Positions 21,967 to 36,009 of a DNA stretch of 64,000 nucleotides are shown one piece after another; position 1 is the stretch's first letter, and each line of letters begins with the position of its first letter. A model generated the notes under the pieces. The model ran no database searches. It saw only the letters and a program-made list of their open reading frames with translations, and was not told the origin of the DNA. Source of the stretch: Schmidtea polychroa. Lineage: Eukaryota. Both the position numbers and the translations under genes were made by a program. The stretch lies in assembly GCA_044892525.1 (NCBI GenBank), contig CM097885.1, positions 32,428,001-32,492,000 of the forward strand, given 5' to 3'.

Positions 21967-22351
21967 ATGGAGTAAGTCGTTTTTTATACTCTGGATTTAT
22001 TTAAGTAGTTCTGTTCAGGTCAATAAAATCGGAAAACAGATATTGGGAAATGAATTTGTTGGAGTTTTTCCTCTTGATAAAATTCCATATTTGAGCAATA
22101 ATCAAGCAATAATCGTCAATACTCAATCGTCTCATTTTGGTGGAGAACATTGGATAGCTATATATATGAAACCTGGTAATATATTCGTGTTCGATCCTAT
22201 GGGTTTTTATTACCCGGCTTTGTTGATATCAAGACTACAAACAATGGGGAAACCTATTGTGTATAATAAAACTATGTTTCAAAATCCTTTGACCCAAACA
22301 TGTGGTCAACATTGTTTAGCTTGGTTATTGTACAAAAAATTTGATGTTTAA
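21967..22351 (+). CDS. Adenain-like protease, join(21967..21971,22009..22351)
   Basis: GEHWIAIY, FDPMG and Q...TCGQHC; ATG GA|GTAAG intron at the same position as in element 1. Confidence 0.9.
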
Positions 22352-22390
22352 TAAATGTATCCTTTCCTTTGTTGTTGTGATTATTATTAA

Positions 22391-22452
<62 letters not shown>

Positions 22453-22463
22453 TTTTTATTATA

Positions 22464-22502
<39 letters not shown>

Positions 22503-22835
22503 TTTAATTAATTTTATTATTATTCACATAAATATTATTAATTCAAGATAAAGACCACCTATGCCTGAAGCATGCACAGTGCAAGTTAACAAAGGCATGA
22601 CTAACAAAGGCAGTCACATGTAATTTCTGTGTGATTTACATTACATACAAGCATGCGTGTGATTGGTTGAGAGAGTAAATTATTCAGTGTCTATGTGTGT
22701 GTGCCTAAACTCTCATTGGCTGGGACAGGAAAATATTCATTCTCTTTATAAACATTGACAAATCTTAAATTTGTCACAATTATTTTAAAATTTTTCAACA
22801 ACAAACCATTTAAAATTTTTCAACAACAAACCAAA

Positions 22836-23734
22836 ATGTCGAACAAATCAAGCAACAATATTTTTCGAGGACTTTTGTCAACTGGTAAATTATTATTTTT
22901 ATTTATTTTTTATTTAGATTCTTTTGACTGGTTAGAAGTAACCGAGGATGAGACGTTATTGAATGTGGATCGAATTTTTGGTAAATTTATTATTCTAATT
23001 TTTATGAAATTAATTTTGTTTTTTAGAACCGATTACAATTAGTGACGACGATGATGTCGTGTTTATTGGGCAAACTGATGCCCCTAATGTAAGAGAAAAT
23101 GATGCTGAAAGTAAATTTATTTTATTTTTTGTATATTATTTTTAAAAAATCATTTAGAGTTTAATGTGGACTTGGATAATGGTGGAAATGCCCTCAGTTT
23201 AGAGGAGGTAGCAAAAAATGCCCTCAATTTGGAGGAAGTAGCAGAAAATGATAATGGCCTCTCTGAGGATGATTCCGATGAGGAACCTCAATGTAAGAAT
23301 TGATTTTTTTATTTATATATATATATATATATATATTTTATTAAAAATTAAACAATTTTCGTAATCACTTTTTAAACATTTGCATAAAAATTTTTGTAAT
23401 GTTATTAAATGTTATTAAATTATGATGATAAGAAGAATATGATGAAAAATGATGATATGAAGAAAATGATGACATGACGAAAATAAAAATGATTATGAAA
23501 ATGACGAAAAATATGATGATGAAAATATGAAGAAAATGATGAAAATATGACGAAAATTATGAAAATTATGAAAATGACGAAAATGATGAAAATGACGAAA
23601 ATTATGAAATTATTATTATGAAAATACTACGTTTCTGAAAAATAATGAAATTATTATACAATGTTAAAAAGTGATTACGAAACTATAGTTATAAATATTC
23701 CTTGTAGTTTGCAATGTGCATCTACAATAGTTAA

Positions 23735-23824
<90 letters not shown>

Positions 23825-26800
23825 CTTTTATTCTACATTATCTTTAAAATAATATACCAAATTTTATTAATTGTTAATAATTAATCCGTTTTATAATTAT
23901 TATATAATAAAAAACGGATTAACTACTAACAATTGGTAATAAATATTTAGAAAAATATTCAAATAATATTTAAGGATTTATCATTATTAGGTAAATTATA
24001 TCCACGATACTGCCAGGCTTCTGGACATTCAAAATCTTGTCATAAGACAATGAAAAAATATTATGGCCATAAATTCTATGGACTCAAATACTATTTATGT
24101 CCATCATGCCAGACTTCCCAACATATAAAATATACTGATTTTTACAAAACCCATAGTAACCATCTTAATCAGTTTTTTATAAAGAAACTTACTCTCTTTA
24201 AACGGATAAATAAAAATCCAAATAAAAATGTAAATAATGATGCGATTAGCGCAGAACATAAAACTGTAAATAAAACTGTAAATAATGATGCGATTAGCGC
24301 AGAACATAAAACTGTAAATAAAACTGTAAATAATGATGCGATTAGCGCAGAACATATAATTAAAAATGTAAATAATAATCTAAATAAAAATGTAAATAAA
24401 AATGTCAATAATAAACGGCCTGCTGTTATTCAAGATTCTTGTATACCATCTAAAGTTATTAAAGTTAATGGTGGTGATGAAATAAATATCCAAATTAATA
24501 AGGAAATAGGTGGGTCAATACACGGTTCAGTCGATATAGATGACGAACCAGAAATAGAAATAGATTTTAAGGGGGCTAGAAAAAATCTAAGGTTTGACGT
24601 TGAGAAAAACGACTTAGTTCAAATATCGTTAACATCAAAAATTATAGAAAAGTTAATAGCCGAAATAAAAGGAATGGGGCCGGTTAAAATACAGTTCACT
24701 GTTCTCATACAATTTGAGAAAGATGGCGAAATCCGAGATAATTTTTTCTCCAATAACGCCGAAGTTTTTTCCGATAATTTTCTATTAGAGGGCATCACTA
24801 AGTTAAATAATAAAATTGAAAAATTCACCTATTTAGGAAGCGGATGGCGGGTTGTTAGGATAAAAGAAATAGATTTTATAATAAATAAATATAAATTTAT
24901 AAATAGATTAGCTGGCCATAGTTACATCCCCACCCCAGCGGCTTTAAAGTCTAAATGCGCAATTGTAAATATACAGAACACAGATGATATGTGTTTCATC
25001 TATAGTATTCTAGCCCTCTTAAAGCGTGATGTTATACACCGCAATAGGCAACGTGTTACTGCTTATGAGAGTTATTTAAACGAGATCAATTTCGATCCTA
25101 TTAGTGATTGCCCGATGAAATTATGTGACATACCCAAATTTGAACGCAAAAACAGTGAACTGAACTTGGCTATTAACGTTTTAACTTATAGGAATAAACC
25201 AGCTAAGCCTATTGAACATCAAGATATAGATTATATTCCCCATCACCCACATCTAGATATTATTCACCGCTCTAAGGTTATAGGTGGTGAACCCATATAT
25301 TTATTATTATTAGAAGACGGTAGTAATTTTCATTACACCGCAGTTTTTGATCTCCAAAAACTTATGAATTGTCACCGTAATAATTCCTGTGATATACAAA
25401 TTCGCGTAAAATGGTGTCCCCATTGCCTTAATGGCTTTAGATATAATAAGATATTTAATATACATGTAGATTTATGTAGTAAGAACCAAATAGGTACTAC
25501 ATTGTATACCCTACCTAATGACAAAAATTTAATTTTTAAAGATTTTTCCAAAAGAATAACCCCGCCATTCGTGATATATGCCGATTTTGAGGCAATCTTA
25601 CCTGAAGACATCACCCACCACCAAAAACATATGCCAATAACAGCAGGCATGTTATTAATTAATAATTATAATAATACCAGATTTTATTATGAGTTTGTTG
25701 GGAATGATTGTGTGTTGTCTTTCTTGCGTAAGGTGGAGGAAATTGCTGTCACAATTGTCCTGCCATATTACGAAATTAATGGGGAAAAGCCCATGCAAAC
25801 CTTGTCTTTCACTGAAGAACGTGTCTTTCGAGAATCCAGAACCTGTTATCTATGTAAAAAATTCATTAATGATAGAGTTAGGGATCATTGTCACTTCACA
25901 GGCAAGTATCTTGGTGCTGCCTGTAGGAACTGTAATGTTTCGCGACGAATTCAGAAACAGTTACCGGTTGTCTTTCACAATTTGAGGGGGTATGATTTAC
26001 ATCATATTTTGAAGTATGGTTTGAATAATTTTCCTTCTTGGGAATTAAATATTATTCCGACCACTACTGAGAAATTCATCTCCCTCATCGCGTATATTAA
26101 CAAATTGCCTGTTCGTTTTATTGACAGCATGCAGTTTGTTAATTCATCTCTAGCAAAAGCAGTTAAGACTCTTTCCAATCTGCCTTTAACTTCTTCTATT
26201 TGGACTCAGCAAAATTGCAACAACATGTTAGATTACATGTTAACTTACCTTAAATTAGACGTGTTTCTTCTCGCAGATTATTTTACACAATTCCGTGAAA
26301 AGGCCATTGCTTACAATGTTCTGAAGCCTCTTAATTTCTATGGCATTTCCGGTATGTCATGGGCCTCAGCGCTTATGACATTAACGGAACCCATTGAACT
26401 TCTGCGGGACATGTAAATGTTTAATTTCTATGTAGGAGGGATACCGGGTGGGTTAACATTTGTTAACAAACATTATGTTGTAAGTTCTGAAGACACAGAA
26501 CTCTTGTATATTGACATAAATAACTTGTATGGTTGGGCCTTAAGCCAAAAGCTTCCGTATGCTGACTTTGAATGGGTGTATGATGATCTTGATTCTGTCT
26601 TGAATGAATGTATGAATGAGGATATTGAAAATCTTCCATATGGATATAAAATGGAAGTGGATATTGATATCCCTCAGTGTGTGCATGATTTTTTGAATGA
26701 TTTTCCAATTGCTCCGGAAAAGATGTGCCCGCAGGATTCGAAATTTGAGAAGCTGATGCTCACGCATTGGCCGAAGAAAACCATGTTCTTCATTGGCGAC

Positions 26801-27286
26801 TTCTCAAGTTGTATATAGAATTGGGGGATGTAATTAAAAATGTACATAGGGCAATTAAATTTAAACATGCACCCATTTTTAAAGATTACATATCGACTAA
26901 TACTAATTTGCGCTCAAATTTAACATGCGAGCTGCACAGAGATTTATATAAATTATTTAATAATAGTCTGTATGGGAAATCCGTGGAAAACCTTAAAAAA
27001 CGGATGAATTTGAGGCTATGCAATTCAGCTGAAAAGATGATTGTATATGCTTCAAAGCCGACTTTCAAGAAATCAATCAAAATTGATGATGACTTGATTT
27101 TTGCACATCTAAATAAGGATTCTATATTTTTTAGACAGGCCTAGCTACATTGGCCAATCTGTGCTAGACCTGTCTAAACTGAGGATGTACCAGTTACAGT
27201 ATATAGAATTGGCAAAATATCGTTTAGAGTTTAACTGTGATATAAATATCGTTTCCGGCGACACCGACTCCTTTTTCTTAGAGATA
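22836..27286 (+). pseudogene. pPolB with four spliced acidic N-terminal exons; internal deletion, nonsense codon at 26414, frameshifts, 3' truncation
   Basis: join(22836..22884,22918..22980,23027..23110,23158..23292,23991..) is in frame with ORF 24050. YADFE, endonuclease-VII-like RDHCH, DINNLYG, NNSLYGK and GDTDS motifs. Confidence 0.88.
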
Positions 27287-27436
27287 AATTCACTTGAAAA
27301 GGGCAGTGCCGAAAATTTGTGAGTTTCAAAAAACATCGATATTTTTCTGTATTTATTAAATACCTTGACTATGAATCAGTAAATATATCGATGTTTTTGA
27401 TATTCACAAATTTTCGGCATTGCCTTTTTCAAGTAA
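27287..27436. repeat. MITE-like inverted repeat (~60-bp arms) at the pPolB truncation point
   Basis: CACTTGAAAAGGGCAGTGCCGAAAATTTGTGA... and its imperfect reverse complement; related units at ~29896-29945 and 56626-56745. Confidence 0.7.
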
Positions 27437-28149
27437 GTAACATATAATAAATATGTCAAAATGTAATATGTCAATGTTAATCATATGCTGGGCATCGAAT
27501 ATACCATAAAATGTTCTGAATACATCCACCAAAAAATACAGAATATAAATTTATAATAAAACATGAGGATTTGAAAATCACATAAAACAAAATTTGGAAA
27601 TTCTGAAGCTGGTCATGATAAAGAAGAAGGGCGAAAAAATAAAACAATAAAACAATTGTAATTATCTTGACGATAAAATAAATTTTAAGATTCGGTTACC
27701 GAAGAAAAAGAATTGTCGATTTTAGGAAGAAATTATAAATCCAAAATGATCCAAAAAATTTCTGACAAATGCTATATTTATTTGCAGTATTTTATTTCAT
27801 ATCATCTAAATGTGAATATGTGTGTTAAATAATTCAAAGATTGGTGTATTTTAAAATCTATTTTATGACATAATAGTTCAAGTATTTATTTTTTTAGGAT
27901 CGAAGACTATTTGTAATAATGGACATGAAATATAAGACATGTTTCAGACATACAATAACATGCACATATGCATCAAACCATTCAAGATAATTATTAATTA
28001 GGTAATTTAATTATTAGAATACTATTAGAGTGAATGAATTAGAACGCCGATTTCGAATAATTAGAGATTATTATAGTCTATTCGTTATTAGTATTAGTGT
28101 TGATTGTTATTTCTTCGTTTGTCGTGTATGTTTGTAGTAAGAGAGTTTG

Positions 28150-28807
28150 TAGAGCCGAGCAGAGTCTCTTTTTAAAAAATGTCTCGGAACAGGTGGGATA
28201 CTCGTGTGTTAATTTTGTGTATGAGAACGAAAATTAGAATAAATGTTAAATTAACATAAAATATTAAAAACTAGTGCAACTCTTACAAGGTTTATTAAAA
28301 AATATATAAAACCTTAAAATTTAGGAAGTTGAGAATTTCGATTTTGTATAGGGCGAAAATGTTTCTTTTAACTTATATTAAATTTCTTTCCCTGAATTTG
28401 GAATATTGAGATTTTCGATTCTGTTTAAAGTGGAAAATGCTTCTTTCAACTTATATTAAATGTCGTTCTTCAGATAGAGTTCAATCAGTATCTAGTGCAC
28501 TTAACGAACTAGAGAAAACTTTCAACAGTTAATGCTCGTGAAATGTTCGGATGATTCTGTTTATCCACTAACTGTGTTTATTAACTTTTAAAACTTATTT
28601 TTTTCAATCGATTTTTATTTTTTTAAACTTTTATTATTTTCGATTTTTTAATTTTGTAATTTTCTATAGTAATTATTTACTATAAGGAATTATGCTATAT
28701 AGAACTATTTAGTTTGTTTATGCAATAAACGCAATAATAAAAATAACTTTACATTGTCATTCCGATTCAAATTTCATAATTGCAACAACAAAAAATATAA
28801 TATAACA
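28150..28807 (+). repeat. Diverged relative of the solo-LTR family at 32318-33069; limits approximate
   Basis: Shares the TTTTGTAATTTTCTATAGT...TTTACTAT block with 32898-32950. Confidence 0.45.
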
Positions 28808-31800
28808 GTACACTATAGAGATTATATATTCGCATAAAAAATATTTACTAATTGGGTTGACATATTGGCAGAAATGAAATTTACAATGAGCGCTACAATA
28901 GAGAAATTGTAATTATTTTTGATTTTAAAATAACAGAGAATGGACAAACAATGAAAGTTATGTTTTTTAAAAGCCTTTTTGAAAAATTACAAATTATTAA
29001 GTAAATAATTTTAATTAATTTATGAATTTTACCTTGTCTTATTGTAGACGAAAATATTTTGATGTTCTCATATTTACAGTTTTACACTTCAATCGGCACT
29101 TTTTATAAAACCATTAATTTCTGTCTGGATTAAAAGGATTTTATTAAAACTCTCTTTAAAGTATTTTTGAAAAAGAAAGAAACAAAATTTTTTGATACTT
29201 TTATTTTCATTGTTAAAATTAATTTACATAACAAGGTGATAAATTTTATAAAAACATTAAGATTAATAAAAATATGAAATTTATTCTGGAGTTAGAGATT
29301 GCAATAGAATTTCAAGCGATAAAACAAAAATCGTAATGGATTATTCTTTGATACCCTAAAAATAATTATCAAAAGAAATAGATAAGAAATCGGTGATTGA
29401 TGGTTTTTTTTGTTTGCTTTTTACATAATGAACGACAAGTCTATGAAATTAAGAAGAAATCAGAAAATTAATTCGGAAATTATTTTTAATACATATTTTA
29501 TTTTTGTTTTCTTTCATATAACTCAATAGTAGGTTAGGAAATGAAAAAATATCCACAATAATTGTACAGACTCCTAAGGTTAAGTTACATAATAATCAAA
29601 ATGTTATGTAACACTTTATTTAATAACCGAAAACCCGGAATTATAGAAAAAAAAGTGTTGTTATATGTTTTGTAACCGAAATTTTATATTATGTAATCAA
29701 GTTGCAAAACTACCATTAAATAATATGTAATTTCATTACGTAACTAGTAAATATGGCTGTCTAGCTTAAGCAGAGGTCAAACTAAGGACGCAAATGAAGG
29801 TTTAGTCAAACAACAAAGTGAAATATGGTAAAAATAGTTAATCAGACAGAAATAAATATCTAACTTTTTTTTCTTATTTTTCAATTTTTTTTTAAAAATT
29901 CGTGAATATCAAAAAAACATCGTTATCTTTACTGATTTATAGTTAATTTTTTTATAAATACAATTTTATTATGGAATTGATAAAAGTACTCTCTCTAAAT
30001 AAGAACCGATAAATATTATAAAAATCTAATAAAAAATTCAAATTTTTTGAGTAAATTTAATGAGAAAATATTTGTTTGATAATCCTTCACAATGTCGGCA
30101 ACGGTAATATTTCTTTTAAATTATATTAATTAGATCTTTGGGAAATATGTTTCTTTTTTAGCTATGTCAAAAGGGATTATATTTTTTAATAGTATTTATA
30201 TATCAATTCATTTGTTCTTTTTGAGTGGCTATTAAAGTTTCCTTTAAATTGTCGGGTTTACTCAAATGATCCCAACTGAAATTCTAATACAGATAAAAAG
30301 CTAATAAAATTTGAAAAACAAAGGTTGGAGCTGGTAGCAAACATAAAGATATGTCAAAGTATAATAGTTGCAAATTAATGTGAGGCTATCAGACAAAGTT
30401 ATTGCAAAAATACAAAGTAATTAATTAATTAAAACCTTGTAGACGATTAGTTTTCATAATTTTTCATAATTTTTCATAATTTTTCATAATTTAATTGTTA
30501 ATTAGTTTTCATAATTTTATTGTTTAAGCCAAATCAGATTTGTGAAGAATAAAATAGTTTGGCGTCGTTTGACTAAGGAACATCTGACCTTAGTTCAAAC
30601 TTTAATTATTTGAATGATTGAATCAATGTAATTACTATATTGGAAATAAAACGTATTTGTGTTGGGTTCTGTTGTTTTAATAATAGTGAAAAGTGGATTC
30701 AGGTTGTAATTTCTTTGCTGCCTAATTTATTTAATAACTCATAAAAATGATATTTAATAATTCTTTATATCCAGAATATCCAGAATATCCAGGATACCTA
30801 AATAATGAATAATATTATAAATAAATAAAATAACCTGGTGGAAAACCGATAAGGGGATTGGGATAGCAATCTGAAACTGTGAGAAGAGAACGATAGAGAA
30901 AAAATTAAAAAAGGTGAAATGAGGAGCAAATAAAAAAAATCAGACAACAAAGCAGGAGAAAGATCATTGCTAATTAATAAGTACAAAATGGAAAAAAAGG
31001 GAATTCCAAATTATAAAAAAATAAGACAAGAGAAATATTCATATCTTGAAAACTTGTCAGGGATATCAGGAGTGTAGGAAAAGACGTACTGTACAAATAA
31101 TGGAGAGACAGGAATGGAAATAATGGATTATTACAAGTGTTTGACAAGTGCGGAATATAGAAGCAAAAGGTTTCTTAATGGAATCAGAAGTTAGTGGTCG
31201 AAAAAAAATTTAAAAGGTAGTCGAGAAAATAATTCGGATTTAAACAGTAGAGAAAAATTAAAGAAATTGGAAATTAGAGAAATTAGAAGTGAGAAATTAG
31301 AAATTGGAAAGAAGAGAAAATATTGAAACTAAAAGGTGCGCTAAAATTGAGTTTAAAGTATACTGAAGAAATTCAAGTCAAAGCAAAGGAGAATTCAATT
31401 CAATTTACCAAGTTATTGAGTCAGATCATCTGCTGGTGATTGTTAAGTATTTGGAAATTATACGCGTAGAGCTATTCCTCGCATAGTGTTGTAATAAGCT
31501 CTGTGTAATTACCTATTTGAGTGTTGAATTGATCGTGTTGTTATCATTCGTGTAATCAATTGTGATAATCAATGTAAGTTTATTATGTCTGAGAATTGTT
31601 ATTTTATGGATCAGATAAAGCACGCTTTGGAGAAACAGATTTGATTGGTAACTTTTAAATATTACCACCAACCCAATAACCCAACAATATAAATTTTCAC
31701 TTATCACATTATTTCATGCTTTTCATTTTATTCAGACCACAGAATGGAAATTAAAGAGAAATTTTAAATAAGAAGATCGTAAGGGGAGCGAGCCATCTGA

Positions 31801-32203
31801 TACAAGGTTTATGATTCAATGAGTCGTCTGGCACCTATATTCTCAAACTTTGCTACGCATACCGTTACTGGTTATTCTGGTAGTACATGAAAATTTATAA
31901 ACAAAAATAAATTTCGGCCAGTCAAAACAATTTTTATTTTGTAATTATAATCTCATAATTTTTAATTTTGGTTTATTTGTAGAAAAATACTTTTTTAGAA
32001 AGATTTTCTAGAAATCGTGGTATTATTTATAGTATCCGGTGTGTCGACACCAACACAATCAGCAATATCTTTTTGGGAAATAATAATCAGTGACATAATT
32101 TAAGGACCCAGACAATCAAAAATAATAAATCACACAAGCAGGCATTACATAATATAGGGCAAAGGTTAGGGAAATCAAATATTCCATTATAATTAGATCA
32201 CAT

Positions 32204-35200
32204 CCCCCTCGTTTTAAATGGCTTTACCATTCCACATTTCTAGTAATACATTTATTATCAGCATTCCTTAATAAATAACTATTTTTATTATATTTTCCCC
32301 TTATTTCAAAAGGTCCGTGTTATATTAATTGTTATATTAATTGTTATATTAATGAAAGTGCTTGTTGATTCCGTGAATGTTAAGAGAAAATAGATGAGCC
32401 CGAAAGAGTTACCGATAAAAAAAATGTGTTGGGACAATCGGGGTGTGTGTTGTGTAATGTAAATTAAAGTAAATTAATATACAACAATAATGGTTACAGT
32501 AATAAAACTTTTATTTTACAAAACAACTAAATAATAGTACTTTAGAAATTACCACTTCGTTTCCAAGATTAATTCCGAAATTAATATTCAATGTTGCCAA
32601 TAATGTTTTTGACCACTGAAGGCGACTAATGGAGCAGGAAGATATTCACTGAAATTTGAATAGTATTTAATTTCCTTGTAGCGACAATTAAAATTTATGA
32701 GTCGTAGTAGCTTCGTTGTTTCTGGAGCAGGAAGATATTCACTGAAATTTGAATAGTATTTAATTTCCTTGTAGCGACAATTAAAATTTATGAGTCGTAG
32801 CAGCTTCGTTGTTTCTTTTTTCGAGGGACGGTTTTAATTCTAAATTAGCTTTTAGCTTCTTCGGTTGTATAAATTTTTATCGATTTTTTTTAATTTAATT
32901 TTGTAATTTTCTATAGTGATAATTTACTATGGTAAATTATCACTATATAGTTTATTTTTTTAAAAATAAAATAAAAAACCTTCTCCACGTGCAACGTGCA
33001 GAATTGTTGTTTGCATTCATACCAAACGATTAACAGAACCAAAAAAATAAAGAATTACAATACATTACAGTCCGCAATACCTGTTATCTTGCTTGTTTCT
33101 GATATCTTCCTTGACGAGTACCAATTCACCGACTCTGAAAGATCTATGTATTCGATTTTCTTGATTATAATTATTTATACGGTTCAATGATTTAATATTC
33201 AATGCTATTTCATGCTTCTTTGATTCTTTAGTATCAATTTCTGGACCATTAGTAAAACGCTCTTTGCAAAATTTCCTTCCATATATTACTTCAACAAGAC
33301 TAACTTTTATACTTGACTGCATTGTTGAATTCATTGCAAATTCTATATGAGGCAATGCTTCTTCCCATGTCTTAAGTTGTTTCTCTTCCAGACAGCAAGA
33401 AATCCAGTCTTAGCATTCTAAATTGTCTTTCAATTTGTCCATTAGATTGATGATGATAAGGGCTTGAATAAACTATTTTCAAGTGATAATTTACTGCCAT
33501 ATTTTTAAAAACTTGGGATTCGAAGCATTTTCCTTTATCAACATGAATTTCCTTTGGCGGTCTAAACTTCAATATCCACGAACTTTTCACATTATCAATT
33601 AATGTCTTTTCTTCTTGTGTTCTTACAGCTTTTAATACTATATATTTACTAAAATGATCTATTATAGCCATCACATATCTTTTGCCAGATGGTGTCATTT
33701 TAAAGTGGTTACAAAAATCAATATATATTTTTTCAAATGGTTCATGCGCAATTAATTTTTCAATAACTTCTTTTGTTTTCCCAGTAAATGTTTTATGTTT
33801 CTGGCAAATTTCACAAGTTGTGATAATTCTCTTGATACTTTCATCCATTTCTTGGAAATTGTAATAATTCTTTGTGTAATTTGTAGTTTTGTTGATTCCT
33901 GGATGACACAATTCTTTATGGATTTCTAGAATAAAATCGTTTTTCATAAATGAGTCATAATAATTCCATTGTCCACATAATAATCTTCAGTTTTGCCGTT
34001 CTGGATATTGTTTTTTATTTTCATTATTTCTTCAGAATTATTTTGCCATTTAAATATTTGATCTTCTATTGACATTTCTAAAATTTTAGTTTTATTTTTT
34101 TCTGCTTTAGTATCAATTTGATTCATTTGGCATTGTGTGCAATTTCCTATATTCAGTCGTGATAGTTCGTCGGCATTATTGTGTTTCTCACCTTTGCGAT
34201 ATTCTAATTTCAAGTCCAAACTACTTAAAAAATTTATCCAATTTTGAAACTGAGCGGTAATTGGTTTTTTAGTAGTTAACATAAATGTGATTGCCTTATG
34301 ATCAGTTCTTAAAATAAATTTTTCCCGTAGAGATAATGTTTAAAATGCTGTGTAAAATGGAAAACAGATAATAATCAATTCCTTGTTATACAGTACCCAA
34401 TTTCATGTTTATTCATACTTTTTGATCCATATGCGATTATCTTTTCTTCATTATTGTCATCTCTTTACGATAAAACAGCGCCAATACAATAAAAAATAGC
34501 AACGGTATCTAAAATGAACGTTTTATTAAAATCCGGGTGGCATAGTAATGGTGCACTGATCAAACTATATTTTAACTCGTCAAAAGCTTTTTCACATTGT
34601 AATGTCCAAATAATACTTTTGTTTCACCTCTAATCAAAGATTCCAATGGCCTAGCTAATTTTGAGTAATTTTGAATAAATTTGCTATAGTAATTACACAA
34701 TCCTAAAAACACTCCTAAGATGTTTCACACAATTAAGTTGCTTTACATCTTTAATTGTTTCAATCTTAGAATTATCTGTTTTGATACCTTTTTCATTAAT
34801 TATATGTCCAAGAAACTTTAATTCAGATACTAAGAACTTGCATTTCTCAGGGTTAATTTTTAGTCCGGATTTCCTAATTCTAAGGAAAAGTTTATTTATT
34901 CTTTCTTTTTGTTCTTCAATAGTTTTCGAAAAGATTAATATGTCATCTAAATAGACTAATGCTTCATTCCACATCATATCTCCAATTATTAATATCATAA
35001 GTTTTTGAAACGTTGATGGTGCGGCAGCTATTCCAAAAGACATCCTACTAAAACAAAGTTGGCCCTGTCTTGTAGAAAATGCTGTTTTCAATTTATTCTC
35101 TTCATCCAATTCAACTTGATAATAGGCATTTCCTAAGTTGATCGACGAAAAATATTTGGCCCCATACAAAGAATCAAGCATTTCATCAACATTGGGAATT

Positions 35201-35740
35201 GGAAAAGTTGGTCTAACTGTATTTGAATTTAAAATCCTAAAATCCAAACACATCTGAATTTCAGAAGTTCCCTTTTTTGGCACACATACTATTAGTGAAT
35301 TCCAAGGTGATTCGCATTTCTCGATAATTTTATTTTTCTCTGGGTTTTTAACAATTTCCTCTAGTTTTTCCTCATAATGCATTGGTTGTTGCCGCGGCTT
35401 AATTGGTATTGGGTTGCAATTAGTTTCTATTCTGTGCTTTAAAATATCTGTTTTGCCTATATCCCATTTATTATACATAAAAATATTTGAGAATTAAACA
35501 ACTATTTTATATATCGGATTGCAATTTTTCAGCAATCGATTGGGATAAGACACTTATTTTTGCTCCTGTGTCAAATAATGAATTAAAAGTCACATTATTT
35601 AATTTGACATTATTAAATGGTCTACCATCTACATTACAATATCCTATATCATATATATTTTTAATAACATTAACACTCGGTAATTTTAATTTTTTATTAG
35701 ATATATTTAAAAAACAATCATTTTTATCACAATCACTCAC
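32204..35740 (-). pseudogene. pol: Gypsy pol (protease, RT, RNase H, integrase), frameshifted and interrupted
   Basis: LFDTGA, YLDDIL, TDHKAI, HPGINKT...CEIC, IHVDKG, SNGQIER and GPF motifs. Confidence 0.93.
32318..33069 (+). mobile_element. Solo LTR, 752 bp, inserted in the Gypsy integrase
   Basis: TG...CA ends; 5-bp TSD GTCCG (32313-32317, 33070-33074); splits YCG|PFEI; internal ~95-bp tandem duplication. Orientation not established. Confidence 0.88.
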
Positions 35741-36009
35741 AAATAATCAGTCATTCACATTGTTGTATTACAATTATTAATTAAATAAAAATCAGAATCA
35801 AATTTTTGATTAGGGAAAAAATCAACATTTAGATTATCAAACAAACAATCAACCAAACAATCATTACATTCAGCATTTAGGGTCCTCAAAAAATTATCAT
35901 TGTTCCATTGTTTAGATCATTTTCTTGATTAGACTGTCTACCGTATCGATTGAAATCCCCATGGTTTTGATTCGAAGTTCTTTGCAATCTCATTTCGTAC
36001 TGATTCTGT

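Larger units (their letters stand above)
13845..27286 (+). mobile_element. Polinton/Maverick-like element 2, decayed, no termini visible
   Basis: Full core gene set in the same order as element 1 but inverted; several frameshifts and stops; pPolB truncated at ~27286. Confidence 0.92.

Noticed and set aside
25840..25940. Endonuclease-VII-like insertion in pPolB as a novelty
   Set aside because: Already known in one major group of Polinton pPolBs.
30790..31450. Possible non-LTR endonuclease remnant (ESDHLLV near 31420)
   Set aside because: One short motif in a stop-ridden region; cannot be supported.
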